Below, one piece after another: positions 27,064 through 40,292 of a DNA stretch of 64,000 nucleotides; the stretch's first letter is position 1; every line of letters starts with the position of its first letter. Both the position numbers and the translations under genes were made by a program. This DNA comes from Dehalococcoidia bacterium (GTDB taxonomy: Bacteria; Chloroflexota; Dehalococcoidia; Lucifugimonadales; Lucifugimonadaceae). The notes beneath the pieces were generated by a model, which was given only the letters and a program-made list of their open reading frames with translations, did not search any database and was not told the DNA's origin. Where the stretch lies: positions 2,858,206-2,922,205 of the forward strand of contig OZ241880.1 in the NCBI GenBank assembly GCA_965203505.1, in the 5' to 3' direction.

Positions 27064-28425
27064 GTGGATGTCCTTCATCCCCTTCTGGATTCCAACGCCA
27101 TGCAAGATCTGCCCCTCGCCGACGTGCTACCTATATCAGCGTCTGTTAACGACGCTGGACGACTTGCCTTGCAAGATCGCGATGTACGCGAGGTCGTTGA
27201 AGAGTTCGGCAGTCCGCTCTACATCTTCGACGAGGCCACGATTCGTGGCATGTGCCGCGAATTCGTCGGTAACTTCAGGCGTTTTTACCCTCAGACCGAC
27301 ATCGAGTATTCCACAAAGGCGTTTTCCAACCCCGCAGTCCTGAAAATCATCGAGGATGAGGGGCTACACATCGATGTCGTAACGGGTGGCGAACTCGCGT
27401 TCGCACTTGCAGCCGATTTTCCAGCCGAGAAGATCAACTTCCACGGCAACAACAAAGTGCGCGACGAGCTTCGTGAAGCGGTAGAAGCCGACATCGGACG
27501 GATCACGATCGACTCGTTCCACGAGATCGAACTTCTAAACGAAGTCGCCGGAGAACTCGGCAAGACCCAAGCGGTCAACCTGCGCCTCTCTCCCAGCATC
27601 GACCCTCACACCCATCGCTTGACCACCACCGGCGTTCTCGATTCCAAATTTGGATTCTCGATCGAGACAGGCGACGCGGAAAAGGCTGTCGATGCTGCAC
27701 TGTCTCAACCGAATCTTGAAGTAACCGGCCTTCATTTCCATTTGGGTTCGCCCCTTTTCGAGTTGGAACCGTACGAGGAGGCGATCGAATACGTTTGCGC
27801 TTTTGCGGCGAGGATGAAGTGGGTGCACCATCTCGATACGCACGAGTTCAGCCCCGGCGGCGGCATGGCGATCGGCTACCTTTCTTCAAAATTGCCTCCG
27901 ACGATCGCTGAGTACGCGGAGACCATCACCTCATCGCTGAGGTCTGCATGCACCAAATACGGGTTGGATGAACCTAGGTTGATCATTGAACCGGGCCGAT
28001 CCATCGTCGGACGGGCCGGCGTCGCCGTCTATACCGTTGGGGGCATAAAACGAATCCCAAGCGTGCGCACATACGTCAGCGTCGATGGCGGAATGGGTGA
28101 CAACATTCGACCAGCTCTTTACGAAGCGGAGTACGAGGTCATGTCCGTAGACGATCCCCTCGGCGATCCCGTTCAAAAGGTGACGATAGCCGGGAAGTTC
28201 TGCGAATCGGGAGATGTGTTGGCTAGAGATGTCGATCTACCCGAACTGAAAACTGATGACTTGCTCGCGTTGCCTGCTTCGGGTGCGTATTGCGTGCCGA
28301 TGGCCAGCAACTACAACCTCCAGACCCGCCCTGCGATCGTTCTTGTCACCGAGCAATCGGAAGCGCGTCTGATCCGCAGGCGCGAAACTTACGCAGATCT
28401 GCTCTCCACATCGATCTATGAATAA
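27064..28425 (+). CDS. lysA: Diaminopimelate decarboxylase
   Basis: 453 aa with the Orn/DAP/Arg decarboxylase fold (PLYIFDEATIR..., ...CESGDVLARD...). The start could be the ATG at 27100 (MQDLPLADV). Confidence 0.88.
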   Translation: MDVLHPLLDSNAMQDLPLADVLPISASVNDAGRLALQDRDVREVVEEFGSPLYIFDEATIRGMCREFVGNFRRFYPQTDIEYSTKAFSNPAVLKIIEDEGLHIDVVTGGELAFALAADFPAEKINFHGNNKVRDELREAVEADIGRITIDSFHEIELLNEVAGELGKTQAVNLRLSPSIDPHTHRLTTTGVLDSKFGFSIETGDAEKAVDAALSQPNLEVTGLHFHLGSPLFELEPYEEAIEYVCAFAARMKWVHHLDTHEFSPGGGMAIGYLSSKLPPTIAEYAETITSSLRSACTKYGLDEPRLIIEPGRSIVGRAGVAVYTVGGIKRIPSVRTYVSVDGGMGDNIRPALYEAEYEVMSVDDPLGDPVQKVTIAGKFCESGDVLARDVDLPELKTDDLLALPASGAYCVPMASNYNLQTRPAIVLVTEQSEARLIRRRETYADLLSTSIYE

Positions 28426-29522
28426 TGCTCCAAGCAGCGACAAGCGTCGGTTCAACCGGAAAATGGCAAACGATCGGTAACTCCGCCGCGATCACTCTGC
28501 TCAAAGGCGCTATAGATCAAGATCGGGTCTCGCACGCGTACTTGTTCACGGGTCCAAACCGCGTCGGCAAAAGAACACTAGCCATAGATTTCGCCCGCGC
28601 GCTAAATTGCAACGCCAAAGATGTCGTCGCACCCGGCTGGGCAGATATCCAGCCCGAAGTTCCGTGTGGCCAGTGTTCGGCGTGCGATCGCATCGCCCGT
28701 TCAAACTACGCCGACGTTCAGATCATCACGTCCGCGACACAGACATCCAACGATGCTGATGCCAAGGCGGCGCAACGGCGCGTCATGATCGGCATCGACC
28801 TGATCAAAGACATTCAATCCGACTCCATGCTCGAGCCTTACGAAGGACGGGCGAAAATCTTCATCATCGACGAGGCGAACCGAATGTCGCCCGATGCTTC
28901 GAACGCTCTTCTCAAGACGCTCGAAGAACCGCCGGGCAACGTACACATCATCCTCACGGCACCATCCGCCGATCTGCTACCTGAAACCATCACTTCGCGC
29001 TGCCACCTCGTCAGAATGCGACCAGTGCCAGCAGAAATCATCGAAGAAGGATTAGCAACACAACTTGAGATTTCTAGTGAAGACGCGCGCAAGTTGGCAA
29101 AAATGTCGATGGGCGCACCCGGATGGGCGATCGCAGCCCTGAATGACCCATCGCTGGTCGACGTTCGCAGACAATCGGCATCGCGAATCATCGACGTTAT
29201 CAACTTCGACCTACCATCTCGTTTCGAGTATTCATTCGAAATGAGCCGCGAATTCCGCAGCAACAGAAATCTTGCGTTAGAGGAAGTCGAACGCTGGCTC
29301 GAAATCGTTCGCGACATCGCGATGATCCAGAACGGATTGAACCAGCACGTGACCTATGACGACCGCCTCCAAGAGTTGAGAGACCTCGCCAACACTCTGA
29401 CCCCAGATGAAGTCGCCGCCGCCGCCGGGACGATTCGGCGCACGCGCGATGCGCTGATGGTCAATGCACTGCCGCAACTAGCGTTTGATGCGATGATGCT
29501 CAAGGTGCCGTACATCGGGTGA
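28425..29522 (+). CDS. holB: DNA polymerase III delta-prime subunit
   Basis: HAYLFTGPNRVGKRTLAIDFARALNC, zinc module CGQCSACDRI, and IFIIDEANRMS. Confidence 0.85.
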   Translation: MLQAATSVGSTGKWQTIGNSAAITLLKGAIDQDRVSHAYLFTGPNRVGKRTLAIDFARALNCNAKDVVAPGWADIQPEVPCGQCSACDRIARSNYADVQIITSATQTSNDADAKAAQRRVMIGIDLIKDIQSDSMLEPYEGRAKIFIIDEANRMSPDASNALLKTLEEPPGNVHIILTAPSADLLPETITSRCHLVRMRPVPAEIIEEGLATQLEISSEDARKLAKMSMGAPGWAIAALNDPSLVDVRRQSASRIIDVINFDLPSRFEYSFEMSREFRSNRNLALEEVERWLEIVRDIAMIQNGLNQHVTYDDRLQELRDLANTLTPDEVAAAAGTIRRTRDALMVNALPQLAFDAMMLKVPYIG

Positions 29523-29579
29523 CAATACAAGGTATAATCGCTTTAATCGTTTCGATTTAGTATCAGGATCACCTTTTGC

Positions 29580-29954
29580 ATGCTCGCACCGGAACATGAC
29601 CAACTCGCACGACAATTTCTCGTTGACGCCGACAAGGAATTCGAAGATGGTGACATCTTTCAAGCTTCGGAGAAATTGTGGGGTGCCGCGTCACACGTTG
29701 TAATTGCAGAGATGCACCGGAGAGGCATCAAACAGAGCGGCCATAGGGTGATGGTCAGAGCCGTCGAATCTTTCGCCGACGAATTCAAAGATCCGACGTT
29801 GGATTTCCTATTCTCAAGCGCCGAGACGTTGCACGCCAATTTTTACCACGGATTTTTGGACGGGGAAGATGTGCGGCGCCACCGCGATCGCGTCAACATG
29901 TTCGTAAACCGGATGCTCGAGTTGACGGACGAGCAAAACGAGGCTGACAACTAA
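29580..29954 (+). CDS. PaREP1-like (HEPN-superfamily) small helical protein
   Basis: ASEKLWGAASHVVIAEMHRRG...LHANFYHG resembles the PaREP1 family pattern (from memory). Confidence 0.4.
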   Translation: MLAPEHDQLARQFLVDADKEFEDGDIFQASEKLWGAASHVVIAEMHRRGIKQSGHRVMVRAVESFADEFKDPTLDFLFSSAETLHANFYHGFLDGEDVRRHRDRVNMFVNRMLELTDEQNEADN

Positions 29955-30547
29955 CCCGCCGCAGTCGGCAACGACTGCTTTGCCAACCAGGGCATGAACG
30001 GAAGCCAAGCGGGATCGACACGGTCGGCGCTGAAACCAGCATATGGATTTGGCCGGGGTTCGCGCGGTTTCACTCGTAGCTTCATCCCCGCTTCACGCGG
30101 TGTAGACCCAGCTTTGCGGTGGTTGCACCGTTGGCAAGCCGTAACCACGTTATCCCAAGTGTGCTGACCGCCTTTGCAACGCGGGACGACGTGGTCGAGC
30201 GTCATCTGCGAATTCCGCTGGCCGCAATACTGGCAGCTATAGCCGTCACGCTGGAAGACCTCTCGCCGAGACAGTTTCCGGCGATGCAGCGGTTTGCGCA
30301 CCATGTAGACGAGCCGAATCACCTCGGGGCGCTCAAACATCCTCGAGACGGTGTGGATGTATTCGACTCCGTGTTGAACCGTTTCGGCTTTGCCCTTGCC
30401 AAGGAGCGAAACGGCGCGGCGCACGTCGCAGATGTTCAGCGGCTGATAGTTCTGGTTAAGCACCAACACCCGAGAACGTATCAGCGTTAACGCTTGATCA
30501 GTCACAGTGCTCATTTTACAGTCGTACGCGCTTAATCGAGATAACAA
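29951..30547 (-). CDS. HNH endonuclease
   Basis: CQYCGQ...LDHVVPRCKGGQHTWDNVVTACQRCNHRKAG (HNH plus zinc-binding Cys pairs). Confidence 0.85.
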   Translation of the reverse strand: MLSRLSAYDCKMSTVTDQALTLIRSRVLVLNQNYQPLNICDVRRAVSLLGKGKAETVQHGVEYIHTVSRMFERPEVIRLVYMVRKPLHRRKLSRREVFQRDGYSCQYCGQRNSQMTLDHVVPRCKGGQHTWDNVVTACQRCNHRKAGSTPREAGMKLRVKPREPRPNPYAGFSADRVDPAWLPFMPWLAKQSLPTAAG

Positions 30548-30578
30548 TCGAGTTGTTCATCCTCGCGGGCACCGACGC

Positions 30579-31172
30579 TCAATCTACGCGGGAAAAGAGG
30601 ACATCGACCGCGATCCCGAGCTCACGAGGAGCGAACGGAACGATCAACGGGTGAAGATTCACCAAAATCTCTACGAACATCGATCCGGTCAATTGATGAT
30701 CGATCCACGCACGAGGACCGGAAGACAAGTAGGTCCGTGAAAACGTTTCTGAATACGAGGCTCCGCCGTAATCCAACGCCCCGTCCGGCACGACATACGT
30801 GAATACCGCCGCGACGGCGATGAATCCGACAACCGCGAACACGCCGAATACAAGACCCAAAACCGCGCCGCCAAGGTCGTTCACCCAACGTAATGGCGTA
30901 AAGTTGATCCCGGATCGGAGCGACACCGAGATGGCGCGCGCGACCATGAAAACTGCCGCCGAAGCCGATATGTAGGCAACAGACGTTGCTAACGAAGCAA
31001 AATTACCGGGGAGACCCAATCTCGGCATCGTCCAGCCCACGATAAGGGCACCCAAAACGACCGAAATGTAGGCCGCAATGAGCCAGATCGCGGCACCGAT
31101 CACTCCGATCTTGAACCCCCAAATCGCCGCCAGCACGATGGCGAGCATGAATATTCCGTCTAAGCCGTTCAT
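30579..31172 (-). CDS. cvpA: CvpA family membrane protein
   Basis: MNGLDGIFMLAIVLAAIWGFKIGVIGAAI... with four TM helices. ATG at 31172 is preferred. Confidence 0.65.
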   Translation of the reverse strand: MNGLDGIFMLAIVLAAIWGFKIGVIGAAIWLIAAYISVVLGALIVGWTMPRLGLPGNFASLATSVAYISASAAVFMVARAISVSLRSGINFTPLRWVNDLGGAVLGLVFGVFAVVGFIAVAAVFTYVVPDGALDYGGASYSETFSRTYLSSGPRAWIDHQLTGSMFVEILVNLHPLIVPFAPRELGIAVDVLFSRVD

Positions 31173-31344
31173 CGATTTGTAAGCGCGCCGAAGCCATCCG
31201 TTAAAGCAGGGCTTCACACTCGCTGTCTATAATCGAATCCTAGATTCGCTGAGGATGGAAAACCTTTCCGATCAACGCGTGTTGAGGCGCAATATCCGGT
31301 CCCGTAGGTGCCAACAAACGTCCCTAGTCGTTCATCAATCGATC

Positions 31345-32076
31345 ATGAACTCCAACCAGAACGCCGCGCCCATGCAGATCGCATTAGATGGCCTCCTGGC
31401 TTCCGGCAAGTCGACCGTGGGCACAATGCTCGCCGATAAGTTGGGATGCGATTTTCTCGACACCGGCAAGATGTACCGTGCGGTTACGTTCCTCAGCATC
31501 AAAAACCGAATCTCCATTAAAGATATTGACGCAGTCCACAACATCGCTGCCAACACCAACTTCACCTTGAGCCAAGACCAAAACGGCACCTGGCGGCTGT
31601 TCGCCGATGGAAAAGACATCACCGACCACCTTTACTCCGACGATGTCAACTTCAACGTCTCAGCCGTATCTGCGATCCCTGCTGTGCGGCGCGCTCTCGT
31701 GCGACAGCAACGCGCAATCGCAAGTACTGCACCAATCGTTATGGCCGGCCAAGACATCGGAACAGTCGTACTACCCCATGCCGGCGTAAAAATCTTTCTC
31801 ACCGCTTCGGCTGAAACACGCGCCCGCCGACGAACCAAAGATGCCGACGGCAATGCCGATCAACGGCCCTACAATGAAGTTTTGCAATCAATTCAACGAC
31901 GCCAAAGGATCGACTCCAGCCGTACCGACTCCCCCCTGCGTCCAGCCAATGATGCGATCATCGTTGCGACCGATGATTTGACCGCGGAAGAGGTGGTTGA
32001 AAAAATACTTTCGCACTTCTATAACAAGACGAATCTAATCGACTCCCCACAGATGATGGGAGGGCACGCCGGGTGA
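31345..32076 (+). CDS. cmk: Cytidylate kinase
   Basis: IALDGLLASGKSTVGTMLADKLGCDFLDTGKMYRAVT. Start is ATG 31345 or 31372. Confidence 0.88.
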   Translation: MNSNQNAAPMQIALDGLLASGKSTVGTMLADKLGCDFLDTGKMYRAVTFLSIKNRISIKDIDAVHNIAANTNFTLSQDQNGTWRLFADGKDITDHLYSDDVNFNVSAVSAIPAVRRALVRQQRAIASTAPIVMAGQDIGTVVLPHAGVKIFLTASAETRARRRTKDADGNADQRPYNEVLQSIQRRQRIDSSRTDSPLRPANDAIIVATDDLTAEEVVEKILSHFYNKTNLIDSPQMMGGHAG

Positions 32077-32831
32077 AACCAAACCGACAATGGTTCTTCC
32101 CCTTCTGCAACACCGCCTTCCGCGGCACTTTGGCTATCTTCGCCGATATCGAGGTGCAACACCGAGAACGCATGAGAGTCGATGGCCCGGTCATTTACGT
32201 CTGCAATCACTTGGCAAATCTGGACCCCCCGATCGTCGCATCCCTGCTCCCACGACGGGCCCTGTTCATGGCCAAGCGCGAACTCTTCAACAATCCGCTC
32301 TTCACACTCCTCCTCAAGGGTTGGGGTGCATACCCTGTCAGTCGCTATTCTGCCGACCTTCACGCCCTGCGTTGGGCAAGAGCCATGCTCGCTCGTCAAC
32401 GCGCCGTCGTGATGTTCCCTGAAGGCACTCGTAGCCGCAACCTCGAGGGATTGAAAAAAGCACAAATCGGAACCGCTCTCCTAGCCGCTCAATCCGATGC
32501 GACGCTGGTGCCAATCGGAATCTACGGAACTGACAACTTGCAAAATATCCTCAAAGTATTGATGCCGATCGCCAAAATCAGAGTCTCAGTCGGAGAACCA
32601 TTCAGAATTCACGGTAACCTAACTGATCGCGCCGCGCTCGAGCATGCTACCGAAGAGATCATGATCAGAGTAGCAATCAATCTACCACCCGAACGCCGCG
32701 GCATCTACGCCGGCAATGTGCCCGACAGTTTCCAATTCACAACATCAATCAAAAACCGTCAGCCGAAAGAACGCGATACCGAACCAAGCAACGCCGCCAT
32801 CTCATCGCCAACAAGCAGAAGATCAGCCTAA
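32073..32831 (+). CDS. plsC: 1-acyl-sn-glycerol-3-phosphate acyltransferase
   Basis: NHLANLD (HxxxxD) and FPEGTRS motifs. Confidence 0.85.
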   Translation: MKPNRQWFFPFCNTAFRGTLAIFADIEVQHRERMRVDGPVIYVCNHLANLDPPIVASLLPRRALFMAKRELFNNPLFTLLLKGWGAYPVSRYSADLHALRWARAMLARQRAVVMFPEGTRSRNLEGLKKAQIGTALLAAQSDATLVPIGIYGTDNLQNILKVLMPIAKIRVSVGEPFRIHGNLTDRAALEHATEEIMIRVAINLPPERRGIYAGNVPDSFQFTTSIKNRQPKERDTEPSNAAISSPTSRRSA

Positions 32832-32833
32832 AA

Positions 32834-34672
32834 ATGTGTGGAATCGTGGGGTACACAGGTAACGGCGACGCAAAGTCATTCCTGCTACGAGCGCTCAAAG
32901 ACCTCGAATACCGAGGTTACGACAGTGCAGGCGTCGCGGCTGTAAACGGCGACGGCATAACTACGATCAAACGCGCAGGTCGAGTTTCCGCTCTCGAAGA
33001 GACGATCAATGGGCAGTTCGGGCAGACGACGACAGGAATTGGGCACACTCGTTGGGCCACCCATGGCGCGCCGACCGATGCGAACGCTCATCCTCATCTC
33101 AGTTACAACGGCAAGGTATCGATCGCGCATAACGGGATCATCGAAAACCATGCCAAATTGCGGAGCAGACTTGAAGCCGATGGCATCGAATTCAAATCTG
33201 AGACCGACTCTGAAGTGATCGCGCACTTAATCGCTCGTCACATGGAAGCGGGTGATTCCTTGCTCACCGCGACCAAGAAAACCAGCAGGCGTCTAAAAGG
33301 TCTGTCGGTGATACTTGCTATTTCGGCAGATGAACCAGACGCAGTGGTGGGAATCAGAATCGGTTACGCCGGCAGTTTGATGATGGGCGAGTCTGCCGAC
33401 GCTTGGATCATCGCCAGCAACGCCGCGGCGATGCCTTCCAACGTGAACGCCGTGACGCATATCGATCACTGCGAAGCGGTTCGCATCAGTCCTGATGGAG
33501 CCACGATCGTCGATGTGTATGGCAAACCGGTCGTAAAGGAATCTGTGAGGCTACTCACCGGAAATCGCATTTCTGAGATCAACGGACACCCTCACTTCAT
33601 GCACAAGGAGATATCCGAGCAGGCCGCGGCTGTGCAAGGCGCTCTGCGCGGAAGGGTCGACTTCAGCAACAAGTGGATCAACATTCCTGAACTTGGTTCG
33701 TTACCGCGTAAATTGGATCGAATCGTATTGGCGGGTATGGGCACGTCGCATTTCGCGGCGATGACCGGCGCTCGGAGGATCGAGCGATTGGCTCGCATAC
33801 CAACCTCGGTCGAATACGCCGGAGAGTTGGCGGATCGCGACCCAGTGATGAGCGAACGCGACCTGTTGGTAGCAGTTACTCAGTCAGGGGAAACTTACGA
33901 CACGCTAGTCGCCATTGAGAAGGCGAGGAGCGTAGGAAGCACCGTTGTTGTCGTCACCGCCAACGTTCACAGCGAGGCGGCACGGATGGCGAACGTTTCT
34001 ATCGATATCGGCTCAGGGTTGGAAGTCGCCGTCCCCGCCACTAAGACGTTCGTCAATACGATGCTCGTTCTTTACATGACAGCACTGCAACTAGGGCGCG
34101 ATTCCGGGCGATTGAGCGAGCCCGAATTTGATCGACACGTCCAATCAATAGCCTCTCTACCAGGCGCGATAAACCGCACTTTGGGGCAGGAAATCGAAAT
34201 CGAAGCACTCGCACGCGATCGCTTCACCGATGTAGAAAACGTGCTCATTCTAGGACGCGGCGACCTCTTTCCGATCGCGTTGGAAGGCGCTCTCAAGATG
34301 AAGGAGACCGCATACATTCACGCCGAGGGTTGCTCCGCTTCCGAAATGAAACACGGCATAAACGCACTCATCGAACCCGACACTCCCGTCATCGTCCTCG
34401 TACCCGAAAACGGCGAACTCCGAACCAAGATGCTCACCAGCATCTACGAGGTCCAGAGCCGAGGCGGCGAAGTCATCGCACTGGCTCAGCACGGCGACAT
34501 CGAGGTTGAAGCCCTCGCCGACGCATGGATTCCGATACCTACCAATGATGACGAACACACGCCGTTCCTCATGACCATACCCCTTCAGCAACTTGCATAC
34601 CACACCACCGTCGCACGCGGCTACAACCCCGACCGACCGCGCAACCTCGCAAAGACGGTGACCGTCGCATGA
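32834..34672 (+). CDS. glmS: Glutamine--fructose-6-phosphate aminotransferase
   Basis: Begins MCGIVGY (Ntn Cys), has two SIS domains, and ends ...LAKTVTVA. Confidence 0.97.
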   Translation: MCGIVGYTGNGDAKSFLLRALKDLEYRGYDSAGVAAVNGDGITTIKRAGRVSALEETINGQFGQTTTGIGHTRWATHGAPTDANAHPHLSYNGKVSIAHNGIIENHAKLRSRLEADGIEFKSETDSEVIAHLIARHMEAGDSLLTATKKTSRRLKGLSVILAISADEPDAVVGIRIGYAGSLMMGESADAWIIASNAAAMPSNVNAVTHIDHCEAVRISPDGATIVDVYGKPVVKESVRLLTGNRISEINGHPHFMHKEISEQAAAVQGALRGRVDFSNKWINIPELGSLPRKLDRIVLAGMGTSHFAAMTGARRIERLARIPTSVEYAGELADRDPVMSERDLLVAVTQSGETYDTLVAIEKARSVGSTVVVVTANVHSEAARMANVSIDIGSGLEVAVPATKTFVNTMLVLYMTALQLGRDSGRLSEPEFDRHVQSIASLPGAINRTLGQEIEIEALARDRFTDVENVLILGRGDLFPIALEGALKMKETAYIHAEGCSASEMKHGINALIEPDTPVIVLVPENGELRTKMLTSIYEVQSRGGEVIALAQHGDIEVEALADAWIPIPTNDDEHTPFLMTIPLQQLAYHTTVARGYNPDRPRNLAKTVTVA

Positions 34673-35790
34673 TCGACGCTCTCGCAGTTCATCAATCACA
34701 CACAAGTCACTCGCGCGTCAGGCACCGCATCGAACAACGAGAAGCCGCCCTCTCTCCGTTCGCATCAAAATCCGCCGATGCTATCCGAGACCGCGACGAA
34801 GAACCGTCCTCCGTACGCGCCGCCTTCCAACGAGACCGCGACAGAATCATCCACTCCAACTGTTTCCGACGGCTAAAGCACAAGAGCCAAGTCCTCGTTA
34901 ACCCGCAGGGCGACCACTACACGACGCGCATGACCCACGTCCTGCAAGTCTCACAAGTCGGACGCACCATCGCCCGCGCTCTCAACCTCAACGAAGACCT
35001 CGTCGAAGCCGCCGCTCTAGCCCACGACGTCGGTCACACGCCATTCGGACACATCGGCGAACACGTTCTCAACGAACGCCTCCCCGACGGCTTCACCCAT
35101 GCCGCGCAAGGCGTCCGAACTCTCACCATCCTCGAAAAACACGGCGAAGGACTGAACCTGACGCACGACGTGATTGAGGCCGTCAAGCGCCACTCCAAAC
35201 CCGAAGGGAAATTCATCGCCGCCGACGCTGTTCACGGAATGTCCCTCGAAGCACAGATCGTACGCATCTCCGACGCCATTGCTTACCTCGCTCACGACCT
35301 CGCCGATGCCCAACGCGACGGCATCCTCCACACTACCGACGTCCCAATCGAGATCCGAGACGCCCTCGGCGACGCACACTCCACACGACTGAACGCGATG
35401 GTCGTCGACGTCATCGATGCATCATGGGACTGTACCGGCGAGAAACCTGAAACCGACTCCAAGCCCTGGATCCGCATGTCTGAACCCATGCGCGATGTAA
35501 CCACCCAACTTCGCAACTTCATGTTCGAACGTGTATACCATCCCACATCCCAATCCCCCGAAGGACTACGCGCCCGCGACGCCGTCCACATCATGCACGA
35601 ACACTACAGCAAACACATCGACGAAGTCCCCGAATGGATGCGGGTTATCTCCATCGAACCCGAATACGCCGCGGCCGATTTCGTCAGCGGTATGACCGAC
35701 TCCTTCGCCGTAATCGCGCTTGAACGAATCTCCCCCGGCAGCACTCAAGGCCTGTACCAAGGCCGCGTCACCGTGCCCACTCCCCACTGA
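34669..35790 (+). CDS. dGTPase-like HD-domain triphosphohydrolase
   Basis: FQRDRDRIIHS, TRMTHVLQVSQ and AHDVGHTPFGH motifs. Confidence 0.85.
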   Translation: MIDALAVHQSHTSHSRVRHRIEQREAALSPFASKSADAIRDRDEEPSSVRAAFQRDRDRIIHSNCFRRLKHKSQVLVNPQGDHYTTRMTHVLQVSQVGRTIARALNLNEDLVEAAALAHDVGHTPFGHIGEHVLNERLPDGFTHAAQGVRTLTILEKHGEGLNLTHDVIEAVKRHSKPEGKFIAADAVHGMSLEAQIVRISDAIAYLAHDLADAQRDGILHTTDVPIEIRDALGDAHSTRLNAMVVDVIDASWDCTGEKPETDSKPWIRMSEPMRDVTTQLRNFMFERVYHPTSQSPEGLRARDAVHIMHEHYSKHIDEVPEWMRVISIEPEYAAADFVSGMTDSFAVIALERISPGSTQGLYQGRVTVPTPH

Positions 35791-35997
35791 TCCGCTTCGA
35801 CAGTGACACGAAACTAAGATCGTGCGAACTTCCGCGACGGCTTGTTTGCCGTTTGCATTAAAACAAATCTCGGTTATACTTCGTACGTCCACAGTGTTGA
35901 TCGACGATGTGCAACCCACACATCGGCCTACACTGGGACAGATAGAAGGGCGATGGTGGATGGTGGCAACTACCTCACCGTTGGTAAGGGAGAGCAG

Positions 35998-37908
35998 ATG
36001 ACCTTAGTCGACGAAGTCAAGGCAAGGTTGACAATCGTTGATGTCGTGTCTGACTATCTCGCGCTCGACAATCCATCATCTCGTACGCCCAAGGCGCTCT
36101 GCCCATTCCACGAAGAACGAACCCCTTCGTTCAGCTTGTCCCTCGACCACGACTCTTGGCGATGTTGGGGAGCATGCGGTGTCGGCGGCGACATGTTTAG
36201 TTTCGTGATGCGTGCTGACGGCATCGAGTTCAAAGAAGCGCTCGAAAAGTTGGCCCGCAAAGCCGGCATCGAAACGGAATTTCGCAACGAAAATCCCAAC
36301 GGTCGTCGCAGAGGCAAGTCGGCTACGATGCACCAAGTCAACGAGGTCGCCGAGGAGTTCTTCTTCCGACAGTTGGTGGGTGCTCAAGGCGAAGATGCTC
36401 TCGCATATCTAGTTTCACGCGGCATCGACGCTCAGACAGCCCGTCGACGCGGCATCGGCTTTGCTCCCGGCGGAGTAAATTCACTCTTCGCACACCTCAA
36501 ATCCATCGGCGCCGATAGCCAAGCCGTCGTCCAAGCCGGCCTCGTAGTCAAAGGTGAAGACGGATCGTGGCGAGATATGTTCGCGAACCGGATCACCGTT
36601 TCAATCAAGGACCCGCGCGGCAACATCATCGGTTTCGGCGCGCGTGCCATGGGCGATGCGCAACCCAAGTACCTGAACACGCACGAGACGGCGATCTTCA
36701 ACAAATCTCAGACCCTCTATGGGCTGCACTGGGCGTCAGACGCGATCCGCGCTTCAGGCCGAGCAATCGTCGTGGAAGGCTACATGGACGTCATAACCGC
36801 CCAAGAGCGCGGATTCAAAAACGTCGTCGCCTGCATGGGCACATCGGTCACATCGCAACAGCTTCAAACGGTCGCCACGTTCCTGCCGGACGATCCCGAT
36901 AACCCACCGTCGGTGATTCTGTGCCTCGACGCCGATGAAGCTGGGCAACAAGCGGCGTTACGCGGACTCCGCATAGCGATCTCTGAACTCGGCCGACATG
37001 CAACTAACAGCAGGGCATCACGTCGCTCACCGGTCGACATACGAATCGCCAATCCAGTGGTTTCTGAACAAGGCATCGCGAAAGACCCCGACGAAGCCAT
37101 TCGGACAGACAGCGCCGAATGGATAGCTTCCATCGACCGTGCAGACGACATCATGCAATTCGTTATCCGCACGAATCTTGAAAAGCACAACGCCAAGACC
37201 GACAGCGGAATGGATGCCGCGATCAATGAGATCGAACCGTTCTTCGAGCGGATTCCCCCCCACACCATACGCGAACAGCGCGTCCTTAACGATTTCGCAG
37301 GGCAACTCAATATCGACGCCGATCACCTGATGAACTTGCTAAGGCGCAAACGGTCGGATCGAGAAACCGCCGTCGGCGTGTCCCAACCAACAACCGCGCC
37401 CCGCAAGAGTCGATCCAGATCGTCTAGAAAATCGATACCGGTCATTCCGGCGGCCGCATTGCAAGCTCCATGGGAGGTGACACTCCTAGCATGCATGGTC
37501 CAACACGAATTCGCGATCGATCACGCTCAGGTGGTCGAGCCTCAGCATTTCGTGGACCCTTCCCGCATGCGGATTTTCGAATCTCTGCGGACCACCGGTA
37601 ACTTGGATCATTGCCTCGCTCTCATCGAAGGTGAATCCGACGCGATGGACCTCGTGGAACGATTGCAACGAATCCCCATTTCGCCCGGAGACGTCGGAAT
37701 CGAGGATGAAGCCGCCGTCATTCAGATCGCACAAGACTGCGCGATCAGAACTCGGCAAGAATATCTGAAACGAAACAAACAGAAAGAGGTGCAGCTGGCA
37801 AAACAAAACGGGAACATGTTCCGTGATGAGGACATGACCAGTGCGGTTGAGACAAACCGCCAAATCAGGGAATTGGCAGTTCCGCTCAACGCGGCGCCAA
37901 AACACTAG
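35998..37908 (+). CDS. dnaG: DNA primase
   Basis: Starts MTLVDEVKARLTIVDVV after RBS aagggag. Has zinc finger CPFHEERTPSFSL...WRCWGAC and TOPRIM EGYMDVI. The ORF-track N-terminal extension is rejected. Confidence 0.92.
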   Translation: MTLVDEVKARLTIVDVVSDYLALDNPSSRTPKALCPFHEERTPSFSLSLDHDSWRCWGACGVGGDMFSFVMRADGIEFKEALEKLARKAGIETEFRNENPNGRRRGKSATMHQVNEVAEEFFFRQLVGAQGEDALAYLVSRGIDAQTARRRGIGFAPGGVNSLFAHLKSIGADSQAVVQAGLVVKGEDGSWRDMFANRITVSIKDPRGNIIGFGARAMGDAQPKYLNTHETAIFNKSQTLYGLHWASDAIRASGRAIVVEGYMDVITAQERGFKNVVACMGTSVTSQQLQTVATFLPDDPDNPPSVILCLDADEAGQQAALRGLRIAISELGRHATNSRASRRSPVDIRIANPVVSEQGIAKDPDEAIRTDSAEWIASIDRADDIMQFVIRTNLEKHNAKTDSGMDAAINEIEPFFERIPPHTIREQRVLNDFAGQLNIDADHLMNLLRRKRSDRETAVGVSQPTTAPRKSRSRSSRKSIPVIPAAALQAPWEVTLLACMVQHEFAIDHAQVVEPQHFVDPSRMRIFESLRTTGNLDHCLALIEGESDAMDLVERLQRIPISPGDVGIEDEAAVIQIAQDCAIRTRQEYLKRNKQKEVQLAKQNGNMFRDEDMTSAVETNRQIRELAVPLNAAPKH

Positions 37909-37920
37909 GAGGCGCTCAAA

Positions 37921-40239
<2,319 letters not shown>

Positions 40240-40292
40240 GATCCGCCGCCCCAATCAGATCCAATTGCCGCAGACGTCAGTCGCGCACGGTA

